From positions 26,970,001-27,034,000 of the forward strand of contig NC_086101.1 in the NCBI RefSeq assembly GCF_963921235.1: DNA of 64,000 nt, written 5' to 3'. Below, piece by piece: positions 26,501-39,340 of this stretch. This stretch comes from Mobula hypostoma (lineage: Eukaryota). The translations under genes were made by a program, and so were the position numbers. The notes under the pieces were generated by a model that did no database searches, was not told the origin of the DNA, and was given only the letters and a program-made list of their open reading frames with translations. How positions within the stretch are numbered: position 1 is the first letter of the stretch; every line of letters starts with the position of its first letter.

Positions 26501-29500
26501 GCTCCTGCCCTCAGCCTCGCGTTGCCTCCCCTCAAGGCTCCTGCCCCAAGCCTCCGCTCACCACAAGGCCCCTGCCCCGAGCCTCGCCTCGCCTCAAGGC
26601 TCCTGCCCCCAGCCTCGCCTCAAGGCTCCTGCCCCCAGCCTCGTCTCGCCTCGCCTCAAGGCTCCTGCCCCCAACCTCACCTTGCCTCGCCTCAAGGCTC
26701 CTGCCCCCAGCCTCGCCTCGCCTCGCCTCAAGGCTCCTGCCCCCAGCCTCGCCTCGTCTCAAGGCTCCTGCACCCAGCCTCGCCTCGCCTCAAGGCTCCT
26801 GCCCCCAGCCTCGTCTTGCCTCACCTCAAGGCTCCTGCCCTCAGCCTTGCCTCGCTTCGCCTCGCCTCAAGGCTCTTGCCCTGAGCCTCGCCTCGCCTAA
26901 CCTCAAGGCTCCTGCCCCCAACCTCATCTCGCCTCGCCTCAAGGCTCCTGCCCCCAGCCTTGCCTCACCTCTAAGCTCCTGCCCCAGCCTCGCCTCGCCT
27001 CAAGGCTCCTGCCCTCAGTCTCGCGTCGACTCCCCTCAAGGCTCCTGCCCCAAGCCTCCCCTCACCACAAGGCTCCTGCCCCCAGCCTCGCCTCGCCTCA
27101 AGGCTCCTGCCCCCAGCCTCGCCTCAAGGCTCCTGCCCCCAGCCTCGTCTCGCCTCGCCTCAAGGCTCCTGCCCCCAACCTCACCTTGCCTCGCCTCAAG
27201 GCTCCTGCCCCCAGCCTCGCCTCGCCTCGCCTCAAGGCTCCTGCCCCCAGCCTCGCCTCGTCTCAAGGCTCCTGCCCCCAGCCTCGCCTCGTCTCAAGGC
27301 TCCTGCCCCCAGCCTCGCCTCGCCTCAAGGCTCCTGCCCCCAGCCTCGCCTCGCCTCGCCTCAAGGCTCCTGCCCCCAAACTCATCTCGCCTCACCTCTA
27401 AGCTCCTGCCCCCAGCCTCGCCTTGCCTCTAAGCTCCTGCCCCCAGCCTCGCCTCGCCTCTAAGCTCCTGCCCCCAGCCTCGCCTCGCCTTTAAGCTCCT
27501 GCCCCCAGCCTCGCCTCGCCTCAAGGCTCCTGCCCTCAGCCTCGCGTAGCCTCCCCTCAAGGCTCCTGCCCCCAGCCTCGCATCACCACAAGGCTCCTGC
27601 CCCGAGCCTCGCCTCACCTCAAGGCTCCTGCCCTCAGCCTCACCTCGCCTCGCCTCAAGGCTCCAGCCCCCAGCCTCGTCTCGCCTCTCGGCTCCTGCCC
27701 CCATCCTCACCTCGCCTCTCAGCTCCGGCCCCCAACCTCGCCTCGCCTCGCCTCAAGGCTCCTGGCCCCAGCCTCGCCTCGCCTCTAAGCTCCTGCCCCC
27801 AGCCTCGCCTCGCCTCGCCTCAAGGCTCCTGGCCCCAGCCTCGCCTCGCCTCAAGGCTCCTGGCCCCAGCCTCGCCTCGCCTCAATACTCCAGCCCCCAG
27901 CCTCGCCTCGCCTCGCCTCAAGGCTCCTACCCTCAGCCTCGCAGCCCCTCGCCTCAAGGCTCCTGCCCCCAGCCTTGCCTCGCCTTGAGGCTCATGCCCC
28001 CAGCCTCGCCTCAAGGCTCCTGCCCCCAGCCTCGCCTCACCTCAAGGCTGCTGCCCCCAGCCTCGCCTCAAGGCTCCTGCTCCCAGACTCACCTCGCCTC
28101 AAGGCTCCTGCCCCCAACCTCGCCTCGCCTGAAGGCTCCTTCCCCCAGCCTCGCCTCGCCTCAAGGCTCCTGCCCTCAGCCTCGCCTCGCCTCCTCTCAA
28201 GGCTCCTGCCCCCAGCCTCGCCTCGCCTCAAGGCTCCTGCCCCCAGCCTCGCCTCGCCTCAAGGCTCCTGCCCCCATCCTCGCCTCACGTCGCCTCAAGG
28301 CTCCTGCCCCCAGCCTCGCCTCGCCTCGCCTCAAGGTTCCTGCCCCCAGCCTCGCCTCGCCTCGCCTCAAGGCACCTGCCCCCAGCCTCACCTCGCCTCA
28401 AGGCTCCTGCCCTCCGCTTCGCCTCGCCTCAAGGCTCCTGCCCCCAGCCTCGCCTCGCCTCAAGGCTCCTGTCCTCAACCTCGCTTCACCTCAAGGCTGC
28501 TGCCCTCAACCTTGCCTAACCTCAAGGCTCCTGCCCTCAACCTCGCCTCACTTCAAGGCTCCTGCCCCCAGCCTCGCCTCGCCTCGCCTCAAGGCTCCTG
28601 CCCCCAGCCTCGCCTTGCCTGAAGGCTCCTGCCCCCAGCCTTGCCTCCCCTCGCCTCAAGGCTCCTACACTCAGCCTCGCAGCCCTTCGCCTCAAGGCTC
28701 CTGCCCTCAGCCTCGCCTCACCTCACCTCAAGGCTACTGCCCTCAGCCTCGCGTCGCCTCTCCTCAAGGCTCCTGCCCTCAGCCTCACCTCACCTCGCCT
28801 CAAGGCTGCAGCCCCCAGCCTTGCCTCGCCTCACCTCAAGGCTCCTGCCCTCAGCCTCGCCTCGCCTCGATTAAGGCTCCTGTCCTCAGCCTCGCCTCGC
28901 CTCACCTCAAGGCTCCTGCCCCCAGCCTCGCCTCGTCTCGCCTCTACGCTCCTGCCCCCAGCCTCGCCTCACCTCTACGCTCCTCTCCCCAGCCTCGCCT
29001 CCCCTCGCCTCAAGGCTCCTTCCCCCAGCCTCATCTCGCCTCGCCTCGCCTCGCCTCAAGGCTCCTGCTCTCAGCCTCGCCTCACCTCACCTCAAGGCTC
29101 CTGCCCTCAGCCTCGCCTCGCCTCGCCTCAAGGCTCCTGCCCCCAAACTCATCTCGCCTCGCCTCTAAGCTCCTGCCCCCAGCCTCGCCTCGCCTCTAAG
29201 CTCCTGCCCCCAGCCTCGCGTCGCCTCCCCTCAAGGCTCCTGCCCCCAGCCTCCCCTCACCACAAGGCTCCTGCCCCGAGCCTCGCCTCACCTCAAAGCT
29301 CCTGCCCCCAGCCTCGCCTCAAGGCTCCTGCCCCCAGCCTCGTCTCGCCTCGCCTCCAGGCTCCTGCCCCCAGCTTCGCCTCACCTTAATGCTCCTGCCC
29401 CGAGCCTCGCCTCGCCTCAAGGCTCCTGCCCCCAGCCTCGTCTCGCCTCGCCTCCAGGCTCCTGCCCCCAGCTTCGCCTCACCTTAATGCTCCTGCCCCG

Positions 29501-32500
29501 AGCCTCGCCTCGCCTCAAGGCTCCTGCGCCCAGCCTCGCCTCGCCTCAAGGCTCCTGCCCCCAACCTCCCCTCGCCTCGCCTCAAGGCTCCTGCCCCCAG
29601 CCTCGCCTCGCCTCGCCTCAAGGCTCCTGCCCCCAGCCTCGCCTCGCCTCAAGGCTCCTGCCCTCAGCCTCGCCTCACCTCAAGGCTCCTGCCCTCAGCC
29701 TCGCCTCGCCTCAAGGCTCCTGCCCTCAGCCTCGCCTCACCTCTACGCTCATGTCCCCAGCCTCGCCTCGCCTCAAGGTTCCTGCCCCCAGCCTCGCCTC
29801 ACCTCGCCTCAAGGCTCCTTCCCCCAGCCTCGCCTCGCCTCGCCTCGCCTCACCTCAAGGTTCCTGCCCCGAGCCTTGCCTCACCTCAAGGCTCCTGCCC
29901 TCAGCTTCGCCTCGCCTCTCCTCAAGGCTCCTGCCCTCAGCCTCGCCTCACCTCACCTCAAGGCTCCTTCGCTCAGCCTCGCCTCAAGGCTCCTGCCCTC
30001 AGCCTCGCCTCACCTCACCTCAAGGCTCCTTCCCTCAGCTTCGCCTTGCCTCGCCTCAAGGCTCCTGCCCTCAGCCTCGCCTCACCTCACCTCAAGGCTC
30101 CTGCCCTCAGCCTCGCCTCGCCTCGCCTCAAGGCTCCTGCCCCCAAACTCATCTCGCCTCACCTCTAAGCTCCTGCCCCCAGCCTCGCCTTGCCTCTAAG
30201 CTCCTGCCCCCAGCCTCGCCTCGCCTCTAAGCTCCTGCCCCCAGCCTCGCCTCGCCTTTAAGCTCCTGCCCCCAGCCTCGCCTCGCCTCAAGGCTCCTGC
30301 CCTCAGCCTCGCGTCGCCTCCCCTCAAGGCTCCTGCCCCCAGCCTCGCATCACCACAAGGCTCCTGCCCCGAGCCTCGCCTCACCTCAAGGCTCCTGCCC
30401 TCAGCCTCACCTCGCCTCGCCTCAAGGCTCCAGCCCCCAGCCTCGTCTCGCCTCTCGGCTCCTGCCCCCATCCTCACCTCGCCTCTCAGCTCCGGCCCCC
30501 AACCTCGCCTCGCCTCGCCTCAAGGCTCCTGGCCCCAGCCTCGCCTCGCCTCTAAGCTCCTGCCCCCAGCCTCGCCTCGCCTCGCCTCAAGGCTCCTGGC
30601 CCCAGCCTCGCCTCGCCTCAAGGCTCCTGGCCCCAGCCTCGCCTCGCCTCAATACTCCAGCCCCCAGCCTCGCCTCGCCTCGCCTCAAGGCTCCTACCCT
30701 CAGCCTCGCAGCCCCTCGCCTCAAGGCTCCTGCCCCCAGCCTTGCCTCGCCTCGAGGCTCATGCCCCCAGCCTCGCCTCAAGGCTCCTGCCCCCAGCCTC
30801 GCTTCACCTCAAGGCTGCTGCCCCCAGCCTCGCCTCAAGGCTCCTGCTCCCAGACTCACCTCGCCTCAAGGCTCCTGACCCCAACCTCGCCTCGCCTGAA
30901 GGCTCCTTCCCCCAGCCTCGCCTCGCCTCAAGGCTCCTGCCCTCAGCCTCGCCTCGCCTCATCTCAAGGCTCCTGCCCCCAGCCTCGCCTCGCCTCAAGG
31001 CTCCTGCCCCCAGCCTCGCCTCGCCTCAAGGCTCCTGCCCCCATCCTCGCCTCACGTCGCCTCAAGGCTCCTGCCCCCAGCCTCGCCTCGCCTCGCCTCA
31101 AGGTTCCTGCCCCCAGCCTCGCCTCGCCTCGCCTCAAGGCACCTGCCCCCAGCCTCACCTCGCCTCAAGGCTCCTGCCCTCCGCTTCGCCTCGCCTCAAG
31201 GCTCCTGCCCCCAGCCTCGCCTCGCCTCAAGGCTCCTGTCCTCAACCTCGCTTCACCTCAAGGCTGCTGCCCTCAACCTTGCCTAACCTCAAGGCTCCTG
31301 CCCTCAACCTCGCCTCACTTCAAGGCTCCTGCCCCCAGCCTCGCCTCGCCTCGCCTCAAGGCTCCTGCCCCCAGCCTCGCCTTGCCTGAAGGCTCCTGCC
31401 CCCAGCCTTGCCTCCCCTCGCCTCAAGGCTCCTACCCTCAGCCTCGCAGCCCTTCGCCTCAAGGCTCCTGCCCTCAGCCTCGCCTCACCTCACCTCAAGG
31501 CTACTGCCCTCAGCCTCGCGTCGCCTCTCCTCAAGGCTCCTGCCCTCAGCCTCACCTCACCTCGCCTCAAGGCTGCAGCCCCCAGCCTTGCCTCGCCTCA
31601 CCTCAAGGCTCCTGCCCTCAGCCTCGCCTCGCCTCGATCAAGGCTCCTGTCCTCAGCCTCGCCTCGCCTCACCTCAAGGCTCCTGCCCCCAGCCTCGCCT
31701 TGCCTGAAGGCTCCTGCCCCCAGCCTTGCCTCCCCTCGCCTCAAGGCTCCTACCCTCAGCCTCGCAGCCCTTCGCCTCAAGGCTCCTGCCCTCAGCCTCG
31801 CCTCACCTCACCTCAAGGCTACTGCCCTCAGCCTCGCGTCGCCTCTCCTCAAGGCTCCTGCCCTCAGCCTCACCTCACCTCGCCTCAAGGCTGCAGCCCC
31901 CAGCCTTGCCTCGCCTCACCTCAAGGCTCCTGCCCTCAGCCTCGCCTCGCCTCGATCAAGGCTCCTGTCCTCAGCCTCGCCTCGTCTCACCTCAAGGCTC
32001 CTGCCCCCAGCCTCGCCTCGTCTCGCCTCTACGCTCCTGCCCCCAGCCTCGCCTCACCTCTACGCTCCTCTCCCCAGCCTCGCCTCCCCTCGCCTCAAGG
32101 CTCCTTCCCCCAGCCTCATCTCGCCTCGCCTCGCCTCGCCTCAAGGCTCCTGCTCTCAGCCTCGCCTCACCTCACCTCAAGGCTCCTGCCCTCAGCCTCG
32201 CCTCGCCTCGCCTCAAGGCTCCTGCCCCCAAACTCATCTCGCCTCGCCTCTAAGCTCCTGCCCCCAGCCTCGCCTCGCCTCTAAGCTCCTGCCCCCAGCC
32301 TCGCGTCGCCTCACCTTAATGCTCCTGCCCCGAGCCTCGCCTCGCCTCAAGGCTCCTGCCCCCAGCCTCGTCTCGCCTCGCCTCCAGGCTCCTGCCCCCA
32401 GCTTCGCCTCACCTTAATGCTCCTGCCCCGAGCCTCGCCTCGCCTCAAGGCTCCTGCGCCCAGCCTCGCCTCGCCTCAAGGCTCCTGCCCCCAACCTCAC

Positions 32501-35500
32501 CTCGCCTCGCCTCAAGGCTCCTGCCCCCAGCCTCGCCTCGCCTCGCCTCAAGGCTCCTGCCCCCAGCCTCGCCTCGCCTCAAGGCTCCTGCCCTCAGCCT
32601 CGCCTCACCTCAAGGCTCCTGCCCTCAGCCTCGCCTCGCCTCAAGGCTCCTGCCCTCAGCCTCGCCTCACCTCTACGCTCCTGTCCCCAGCCTCGCCTCG
32701 CCTCAAGGTTCCTGCCCCCAGCCTCGCCTCACCTCGCCTCAAGGCTCCTTCCCCCAGCCTCGCCTCGCCTCGCCTCGCCTCACCTCAAGGTTCCTGCCCC
32801 GAGCCTTGCCTCACCTCAAGGCTCCTGCCCTCAGCTTCGCCTCGCCTCTCCTCAAGGCTCCTGCCCTCAGCCTCGCCTCACCTCACCTCAAGGCTCCTTC
32901 GCTCAGCCTCGCCTCAAGGCTCCTGCCCTCAGCCTCGCCTCACCTCACCTCAAGGCTCCTTCCCTCAGCTTCGCCTTGCCTCGCCTCAAGGCTCCTGCCC
33001 TCAGCCTCGCCTCACCTCACCTCAAGGCTCCTGCCCTCAGCCTCGCCTCGCCTCAAGGCTCCTGCCCCCAAACTCATCTCGCCTCACCTCTAAGCTCCTG
33101 CCCCCAGCCTCGCCTCGCCTCTAAGCTCCTGCCCCCAGCCTCGCCTCGCCTTTAAGCTCCTGCCCCCAGCCTCGCCTCGCCTCTAAGCTCCTGCCCCCAG
33201 CCTCGCCTCGCCTTTAAGCTCCTGCCCCCAGCCTCGCCTCGCCTCAAGGCTCCTGCCCTCAGCCTCGCGTAGCCTCCCCTCAAGGCTCCTGCCCCCAGCC
33301 TCGCATCACCACAAGGCTCCTGCCCCGAGCCTCGCCTCACCTCAAGGCTCCTGCCCTCAGCCTCACCTCGCCTCGCCTCAAGGCTCCAGCCCCCAGCCTC
33401 GTCTCGCCTCTCGGCTCCTGCCCCCATCCTCACCTCGCCTCTCAGCTCCGGCCCCCAACCTCGCCTCGCCTCGCCTCAAGGCTCCTGGCCCCAGCCTCGC
33501 CTCGCCTCTAAGCTCCTGCCCCCAGCCTCGCCTCGCCTCGCCTCAAGGCTCCTGGCCCCAGCCTCGCCTCGCCTCAAGGCTCCTGGCCCCAGCCTCGCCT
33601 CGCCTCAATACTCCAGCCCCCAGCCTCGCCTCGCCTCGCCTCAAGGCTCCTACCCTCAGCCTCGCAGCCCCTCGCCTCAAGGCTCCTGCCCCCAGCCTTG
33701 CCTCGCCTCGAGGCTCATGCCCCCAGCCTCGCCTCAAGGCTCCTGCCCCCAGCCTCGCCTCACCTCAAGTCTGCTGCCCCCAGCCTCGCCTCAAGGCTCC
33801 TGCTCCCAGACTCACCTCGCCTCAAGGCTCCTGCCCCCAACCTCGCCTCGCCTGAAGGCTCCTTCCCCCAGCCTCGCCTCGCCTCAAGGCTCCTGCCCTC
33901 AGCCTCGCCTCGCCTCATCTCAAGGCTCCTGCCCCCAGCCTCGCCTCGCCTCAAGGCTCCTGCCCCCAGCCTCGCCTCGCCTCAAGGCTCCTGCCCCCAT
34001 CCTCGCCTCACGTCGCCTCAAGGCTCCTGCCCCCAGCCTCGCCTCGCCTCGCCTCAAGGTTCCTGCCCCCAGCCTCGCCTCGCCTCGCCTCAAGGCACCT
34101 GCCCCCAGCCTCACCTCGCCTCAAGGCTCCTGCCCTCCGCTTCGCCTCGCCTCAAGGCTCCTGCCCCCAGCCTCGCCTCGCCTCAAGGCTCCTGTCCTCA
34201 ACCTCGCTTCACCTCAAGGCTGCTGCCCTCAACCTTGCCTAACCTCAAGGCTCCTGCCCTCAACCTCGCCTCACTTCAAGGCTCCTGCCCCCAGCCTCGC
34301 CTCGCCTCGCCTCAAGGCTCCTGCCCCCAGCCTCGCCTTGCCTGAAGGCTCCTGCCCCCAGCCTTGCCTCCCCTCGCCTCAAGGCTCCTACCCTCAGCCT
34401 CGCAGCCCTTCGCCTCAAGGCTCCTGCCCTCAGCCTCGCCTCACCTCACCTCAAGGCTACTGCCCTCAGCCTCGCGTCGCCTCTCCTCAAGGCTCCTGCC
34501 CTCAGCCTCACCTCACCTCGCCTCAAGGCTGCAGCCCCCAGCCTTGCCTCGCCTCACCTCAAGGCTCCTGCCCTCAGCCTCGCCTCGCCTCGATCAAGGC
34601 TCCTGTCCTCAGCCTCGCCTCGCCTCACCTCAAGGCTCCTGCCCCCAGCCTCGCCTCGTCTCGCCTCTACGCTCCTGCCCCCAGCCTCGCCTCACCTCTA
34701 CGCTCCTCTCCCCAGCCTCGCCTCCCCTCGCCTCAAGGCTCCTTCCCCCAGCCTCATCTCGCCTCGCCTCGCCTCGCCTCAAGGCTCCTGCTCTCAGCCT
34801 CGCCTCACCTCACCTCAAGGCTCCTGCCCTCAGCCTCGCCTCGCCTCGCCTCAAGGCTCCTGCCCCCAAACTCATCTCGCCTCGCCTCTAAGCTCCTGCC
34901 CCCAGCCTCGCCTCGCCTCTAAGCTCCTGCCCCCAGCCTCGCGTCGCCTCCCCTCAAGGCTCCTGCCCCCAGCCTCCCCTCACCACAAGGCTCCTGCCCC
35001 GAGCCTCGCCTCACCTCAAGGCTCCTGCCCCCAGCCTCGCCTCAAGGCTCCTGCCCCCAGCCTCGTCTCGCCTCAAGGCTCCTGCCCCCAGCCTCGTCTC
35101 GCCTCGCCTCCAGGCTCCTGCCCCCAGCTTCGCCTCACCTTAATGCTCCTGCCCCGAGCCTCGCCTCGCCTCAAGGCTCCTGCGCCCAGCCTCGCCTCGC
35201 CTCAAGGCTCCTGCCCCCAACCTCCCCTCGCCTCGCCTCAAGGCTCCTGCCCCCAGCCTCGCCTCGCCTCGCCTCAAGGCTCCTGCCCCCAGCCTCGCCT
35301 CGCCTCAAGGCTCCTGCCCTCAGCCTCGCCTCACCTCAAGGCTCCTGCCCTCAGCCTCGCCTCGCCTCAAGGCTCCTGCCCTCAGCCTCGCCTCACCTCT
35401 ACGCTCCTGTCCCCAGCCTCGCCTCGCCTCAAGGTTCCTGCCCCCAGCCTCGCCTCACCTCGCCTCAAGGCTCCTTCCCCCAGCCTCGCCTCGCCTCGCC

Positions 35501-38390
35501 TCGCCTCACCTCAAGGTTCCTGCCCCGAGCCTTGCCTCACCTCAAGGCTCCTGCCCTCAGCTTCGCCTCGCCTCTCCTCAAGGCTCCTGCCCTCAGCCTC
35601 GCCTCACCTCACCTCAAGGCTCCTTCGCTCAGCCTCGCCTCAAGGCTCCTGCCCTCAGCCTCGCCTCACCTCACCTCAAGGCTCCTTCCCTCAGCTTCGC
35701 CTTGCCTCGCCTCAAGGCTCCTGCCCTCAGCCTCGCCTCACCTCACCTCAAGGCTCCTGCCCTCAGCCTCGCCTCGCCTCGCCTCAAGGCTCCTGCCCCC
35801 AAACTCATCTCGCCTCACCTCTAAGCTCCTGCCCCCAGCCTCGCCTTGCCTCTAAGCTCCTGCCCCCAGCCTCGCCTCGCCTCTAAGCTCCTGCCCCCAG
35901 CCTCGCCTCGCCTTTAAGCTCCTGCCCCCAGCCTCGCCTCGCCTCAAGGCTCCTGCCCTCAGCCTCGCGTAGCCTCCCCTCAAGGCTCCTGCCCCCAGCC
36001 TCGCATCACCACAAGGCTCCTGCCCCGAGCCTCGCCTCACCTCAAGGCTCCTGCCCCCAGCCTCGCCTCAAGCCTCCTGCTCCCAGCCTCGTCTCGCCTC
36101 GCCTCCAGGCTCCTGCCCCCAGCGTCGCCTCGCCTCAAGGCTCCTGCCCCCAACCTCTCCTCGTCTCGCCTCAAGGCTCCTGCCCCCAGCCTCGCCTTGC
36201 CTCGCCTCAAGGCTCCTGCCCTCAGCCTCGCCTCGCCTCAAGGCTCCTGCCCTCAGCCTCGCCTCGCCTCGCCTCGCCTCAAGGCTCCAGCCCCCAGCCT
36301 CGTCTCGCCTCTAGGCTCCTGCCCCCATCCTCACCTCGCCTCTCAGCTCCGGCCCCCAGCCTCGCCTCGTCTCGCCTCAAGGCTCCTGGCCCCAGCCTCG
36401 CCTCGCCTCTAAGCTCCTGCCCCCAGCCTCGCCTCGCCTCGCCTCTAGGCTCCAGGCCCCAGCCTCGCCTCGCCTCAAGGCTCCTGGCCCCAGCCTCGCC
36501 TCGCCTCAATACTCCTGCCCCCAGCCTCGCCTCGCCTCGCCTCAAGGCTCCTACCCTCAGCCTTGCAGCCCCTCGCCTCAAGGCTCCTGCCCCCAGCCTT
36601 GCCTCGCCTCGCCTACCCCCAGCCTCGCCTCGCCTCAAGGCTCCTGCCCCGAGCCTCGCCTTGCCTCAAGGCTCCTGCCCCCAACCTCACCTCGCCGCGC
36701 CTCAAGGCTCCTGCCCCCAACCTCACCTCGCCTCGCCTCAAGGCTCCTGCACCCAGCCTCGCCTCGCCTCTAGGCTCCTGCCCCCAGCCTCATCTCGCCT
36801 CGCCTCAAGGCTCCTGCCCCCAGCCTCGCCTCGCCTCAAGGCTCCTGCCCCCAGCCTCGCCTCGCCTCAAGGCTGCTGCCCCCAGCCTTGCCTCAAGGTT
36901 CCTGCCCCCAGCCTCACCTCACCTCAAGGCTCCTGCCCCCAGCCTCGCCTCACCTCAAGGCTCCTGCTCCCAGCCTCGCCTCACCTTAAGGCTGCTGCCC
37001 CCAGCCTCGCCTCAAGGCTCCTGCTCCCAGACTCACCTCTCCTCAAGGCTCCTGCCGCCAACCTCACCTCGCCTCGCCTCAAGGCTCCGTCCCCCAGCCT
37101 TGCCTCGCCTCAAGGCTCCGGCCCCCAGCCTCGCTTCGCCTCAAGGCTCCGGCCCCCAGTCTCGCCTCGCCTCAAGGCTCCTGCCCTCAGCCCTGCCTTG
37201 CCTCGTCTCTTGCCTAGCCTCAAGCCTGAAGACTCCAGCCTCGTCCTGCCTGCCTGCCATGCCTCGTCCTTGCCTAGTTCTGGGGTCCGAGCCACAGGCA
37301 AGACCCGGGTACCCCAGTCTCGCCTCGCCTCTAGGCTCCTGCCCCCATCCTCACCTCGCCTCAAGGCTACTGCACCCATCCTCACCTCGCCTCTCAGCTC
37401 CGGCCCCCAGCCTCGCCTCGCCTCGCCTCAAGGCTCCTGGCCCCAGCCTCGCCTCGCCTCAATACTCCTGCCCCCAACCTCGCCTCGCCTCGCCTCAAGG
37501 CTCCTACCCTCAGCCTCGCAGCCCCTCGCCTCAAGGCTCCTGCCCCCAGCCTTGCCTCGCCTCGCCTCGAGGCTCCTACCCCTTGCCTCGCCTCGCCTCG
37601 CCACAAGGCTCCTGCCCCCAGCCTCGCCTTGCCTCAAGGCTCCTGCCCCCAACCTCACCTCGCCTCGCCTCAAGGCTCCTACCCCCAGCCTCGCCTCGCC
37701 TCGCCACAAGGCTCCTGCCCCGAGCCTCGCCTTGCCTCAAGGCTCCTGCCCCTAACCTCACCTCGCCTCGCCACAAGGCTCCTGCCCCCAGCCTCGCCTC
37801 ACCTCACCTCAAGGCTCCTGCCCTCAGCCTCGCCTCGCCTCGCCTCAAGGCTCCTGCCCCCAACCTCACCTCGTCTCGCCTCAAGGCTCCTGCACCCAGC
37901 CTCGCCTCGCCTCTAGGCTCCTGCCCCCAGCCTCGCCTCACCTCAAGGCTCCTGCCCCCAGCCTCGCCTCGCCTCAAGGCTCCTGCCCCCAGCCTCGCCT
38001 CGCCTCAAGGCTGCTGCCCCCAGCCTCGCCTCAAGGTTCCTGCCCCCAGCCTCACCTCACCTCAAGGCTCCTGCCCCCAGCCTCGCCTCACCTCAAGGCT
38101 CCTGCCCCCAGCCTCGCCTCACCTCAAGGCTCCTGCCCCCAGCCTCGCCTCACCTCAAGGCTCCTGCCCCCAGCCTCGCCTCACCTTAAGGCTGCTGCCC
38201 CCAGCCTCGCCTCAAGGCTCCTGTTCCCAGACTCACCTCGCCTCAAGGCTCCTGCCCCCAACCTCGCCTCGCCTCGCCTCAAGGCTCCAGCCCCCAGCCT
38301 CGCCTCGCCTCAAGGCTCCGGCCCCCAGCCTCGCCTCGCCTCAAGGCTCCGGCCCCCAGTCTCGCCTCGCCTCAAGGCTCCTGCCCTCAG
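20570..38390. repeat. GC-rich satellite: monomer CAAGGCTCCTGCCCCCAGCCT + (CGCCT)n, mostly 26/31/36 bp, with higher-order repeats
   Basis: Read directly across ~17.8 kb; roughly 550-600 monomers estimated from length. Many variants (CCCTC, CACCT, TGCCT, CTAAGC, CTACGC). One non-monomer block at 37191-37312. Confidence 0.97.
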
Positions 38391-38569
38391 CCCTGCCTTG
38401 CCTCGTCTCTTGCCTAGCCTCAAGCCTGAATACTCCAGCCTCGTCCTGCCTGCCTGCCATGCCTCATCCTTGCCTAGTTCTGGGGTCCGAGCCACAGGCA
38501 AGACCCGGGTACTGGGTCCTTGTCCAGTCTCTGGCTTGGAGTCTATCCAGCCTCCAGTCTCCAGCATAG

Positions 38570-39340
38570 CCTCTAGCCTGAGGACTCCAGCCTCCAGCCT
38601 AGCCTCTAGCCTGAAGACTCCAGCCTCCTGCCTGGCCTCTAGCCTGAAGACTCCAGCCTCCTGCCTAGCCTCTAGCCTGAAGACTCCAGCCTCCTGCCTA
38701 GCCTCTAGCCTCTAGCCAAGCCAAGCCAAGCCTCGCCTCTAGCCTCTAGCCAAGCCAAGCCAAGTCTCTAGCCTCTTGCCAAGCCAAGTCTCTAGCCTCT
38801 AGCCTCTTGCCAAGCCAAGCCAAGTCTCTAGTCTCTAGCCTCTAGCCAAGCCAAGCCAAGTCTCTAGTCTCTAGCCTCTAGCCAAGCCAAGCCTAGCCTC
38901 TAGCCAAGCCAAGCCAAGCCTCTAGCCTCTAGCCAAGCCTCTAGCCTCTAGCCTCTTGCCAAGCCAAGTCTCTAGCCTCTAGCCTCTTGCCAAGCCGTCT
39001 CTAGCCTCTAGCCTCTTGCCAAGCCAAGCCAAGTCTCTAGTCTCTTGCCAAGCCAAGTCTCTAGCCTCTAGCCTCTTGCCAAGCCAAGTCAAGTCTCTAG
39101 CCTCTAGCCTCTAGCCTCATGCCAAGCCAGGTCTCTAGCCTCTTACCTCTTGTCAAGCCAAGCCACGTCTCTAGACTCTAGCCTCTAGCCAAGCCAAGCC
39201 AAGTTTCTAGCCTCTAGCCTCTAGCCTCTTGCCAAGCCAAGCCAAGTCTCTAGCCTCTAGCCTCTAGCCTCTTGCCAAGCCATGTCTCTGGCCTCTAGCC
39301 TTTTGCCAAGCCAAGCCAAGTCTCTAGCCTCTAGCCTCAA
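38570..39340. repeat. Second repeat zone: 33-bp unit (GCCTCTAGCCTGAAGACTCCAGCCTCCTGCCTA) x4-5, then interleaved GCCAA and GCCTCTA/GTCTCTA units
   Basis: Seen directly; the 33-mer gives the 11-aa LASSLKTPASC repeat in the ORF track. Confidence 0.9.

Noticed and set aside
20570-38390. CRISPR-like repeat-spacer array
   Set aside because: There are no unique spacers; monomers abut directly; the context is eukaryotic with no cas genes.
20570-38390. Immunoglobulin switch-region-like element (G-rich pentamers near an Ig-domain gene)
   Set aside because: The pentamer is GAGGC, not GAGCT/GGGGT; AGCT hotspots occur only in minority variants; the neighbouring gene is a non-rearranging receptor with no J or C segments or RSS seen.
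20570-38570. Dozens of long ORFs (up to 668 aa) rich in P/S/L/A/R on + and R/G/E/A on -
   Set aside because: They arise because the C-rich monomer rarely contains stop codons. Pentamer gains and losses (26/31/36 bp) shift frame constantly, overlapping ORFs occur in all three frames, most starts are non-ATG, and the array is bounded by LTR termini. No sign of frame preservation.
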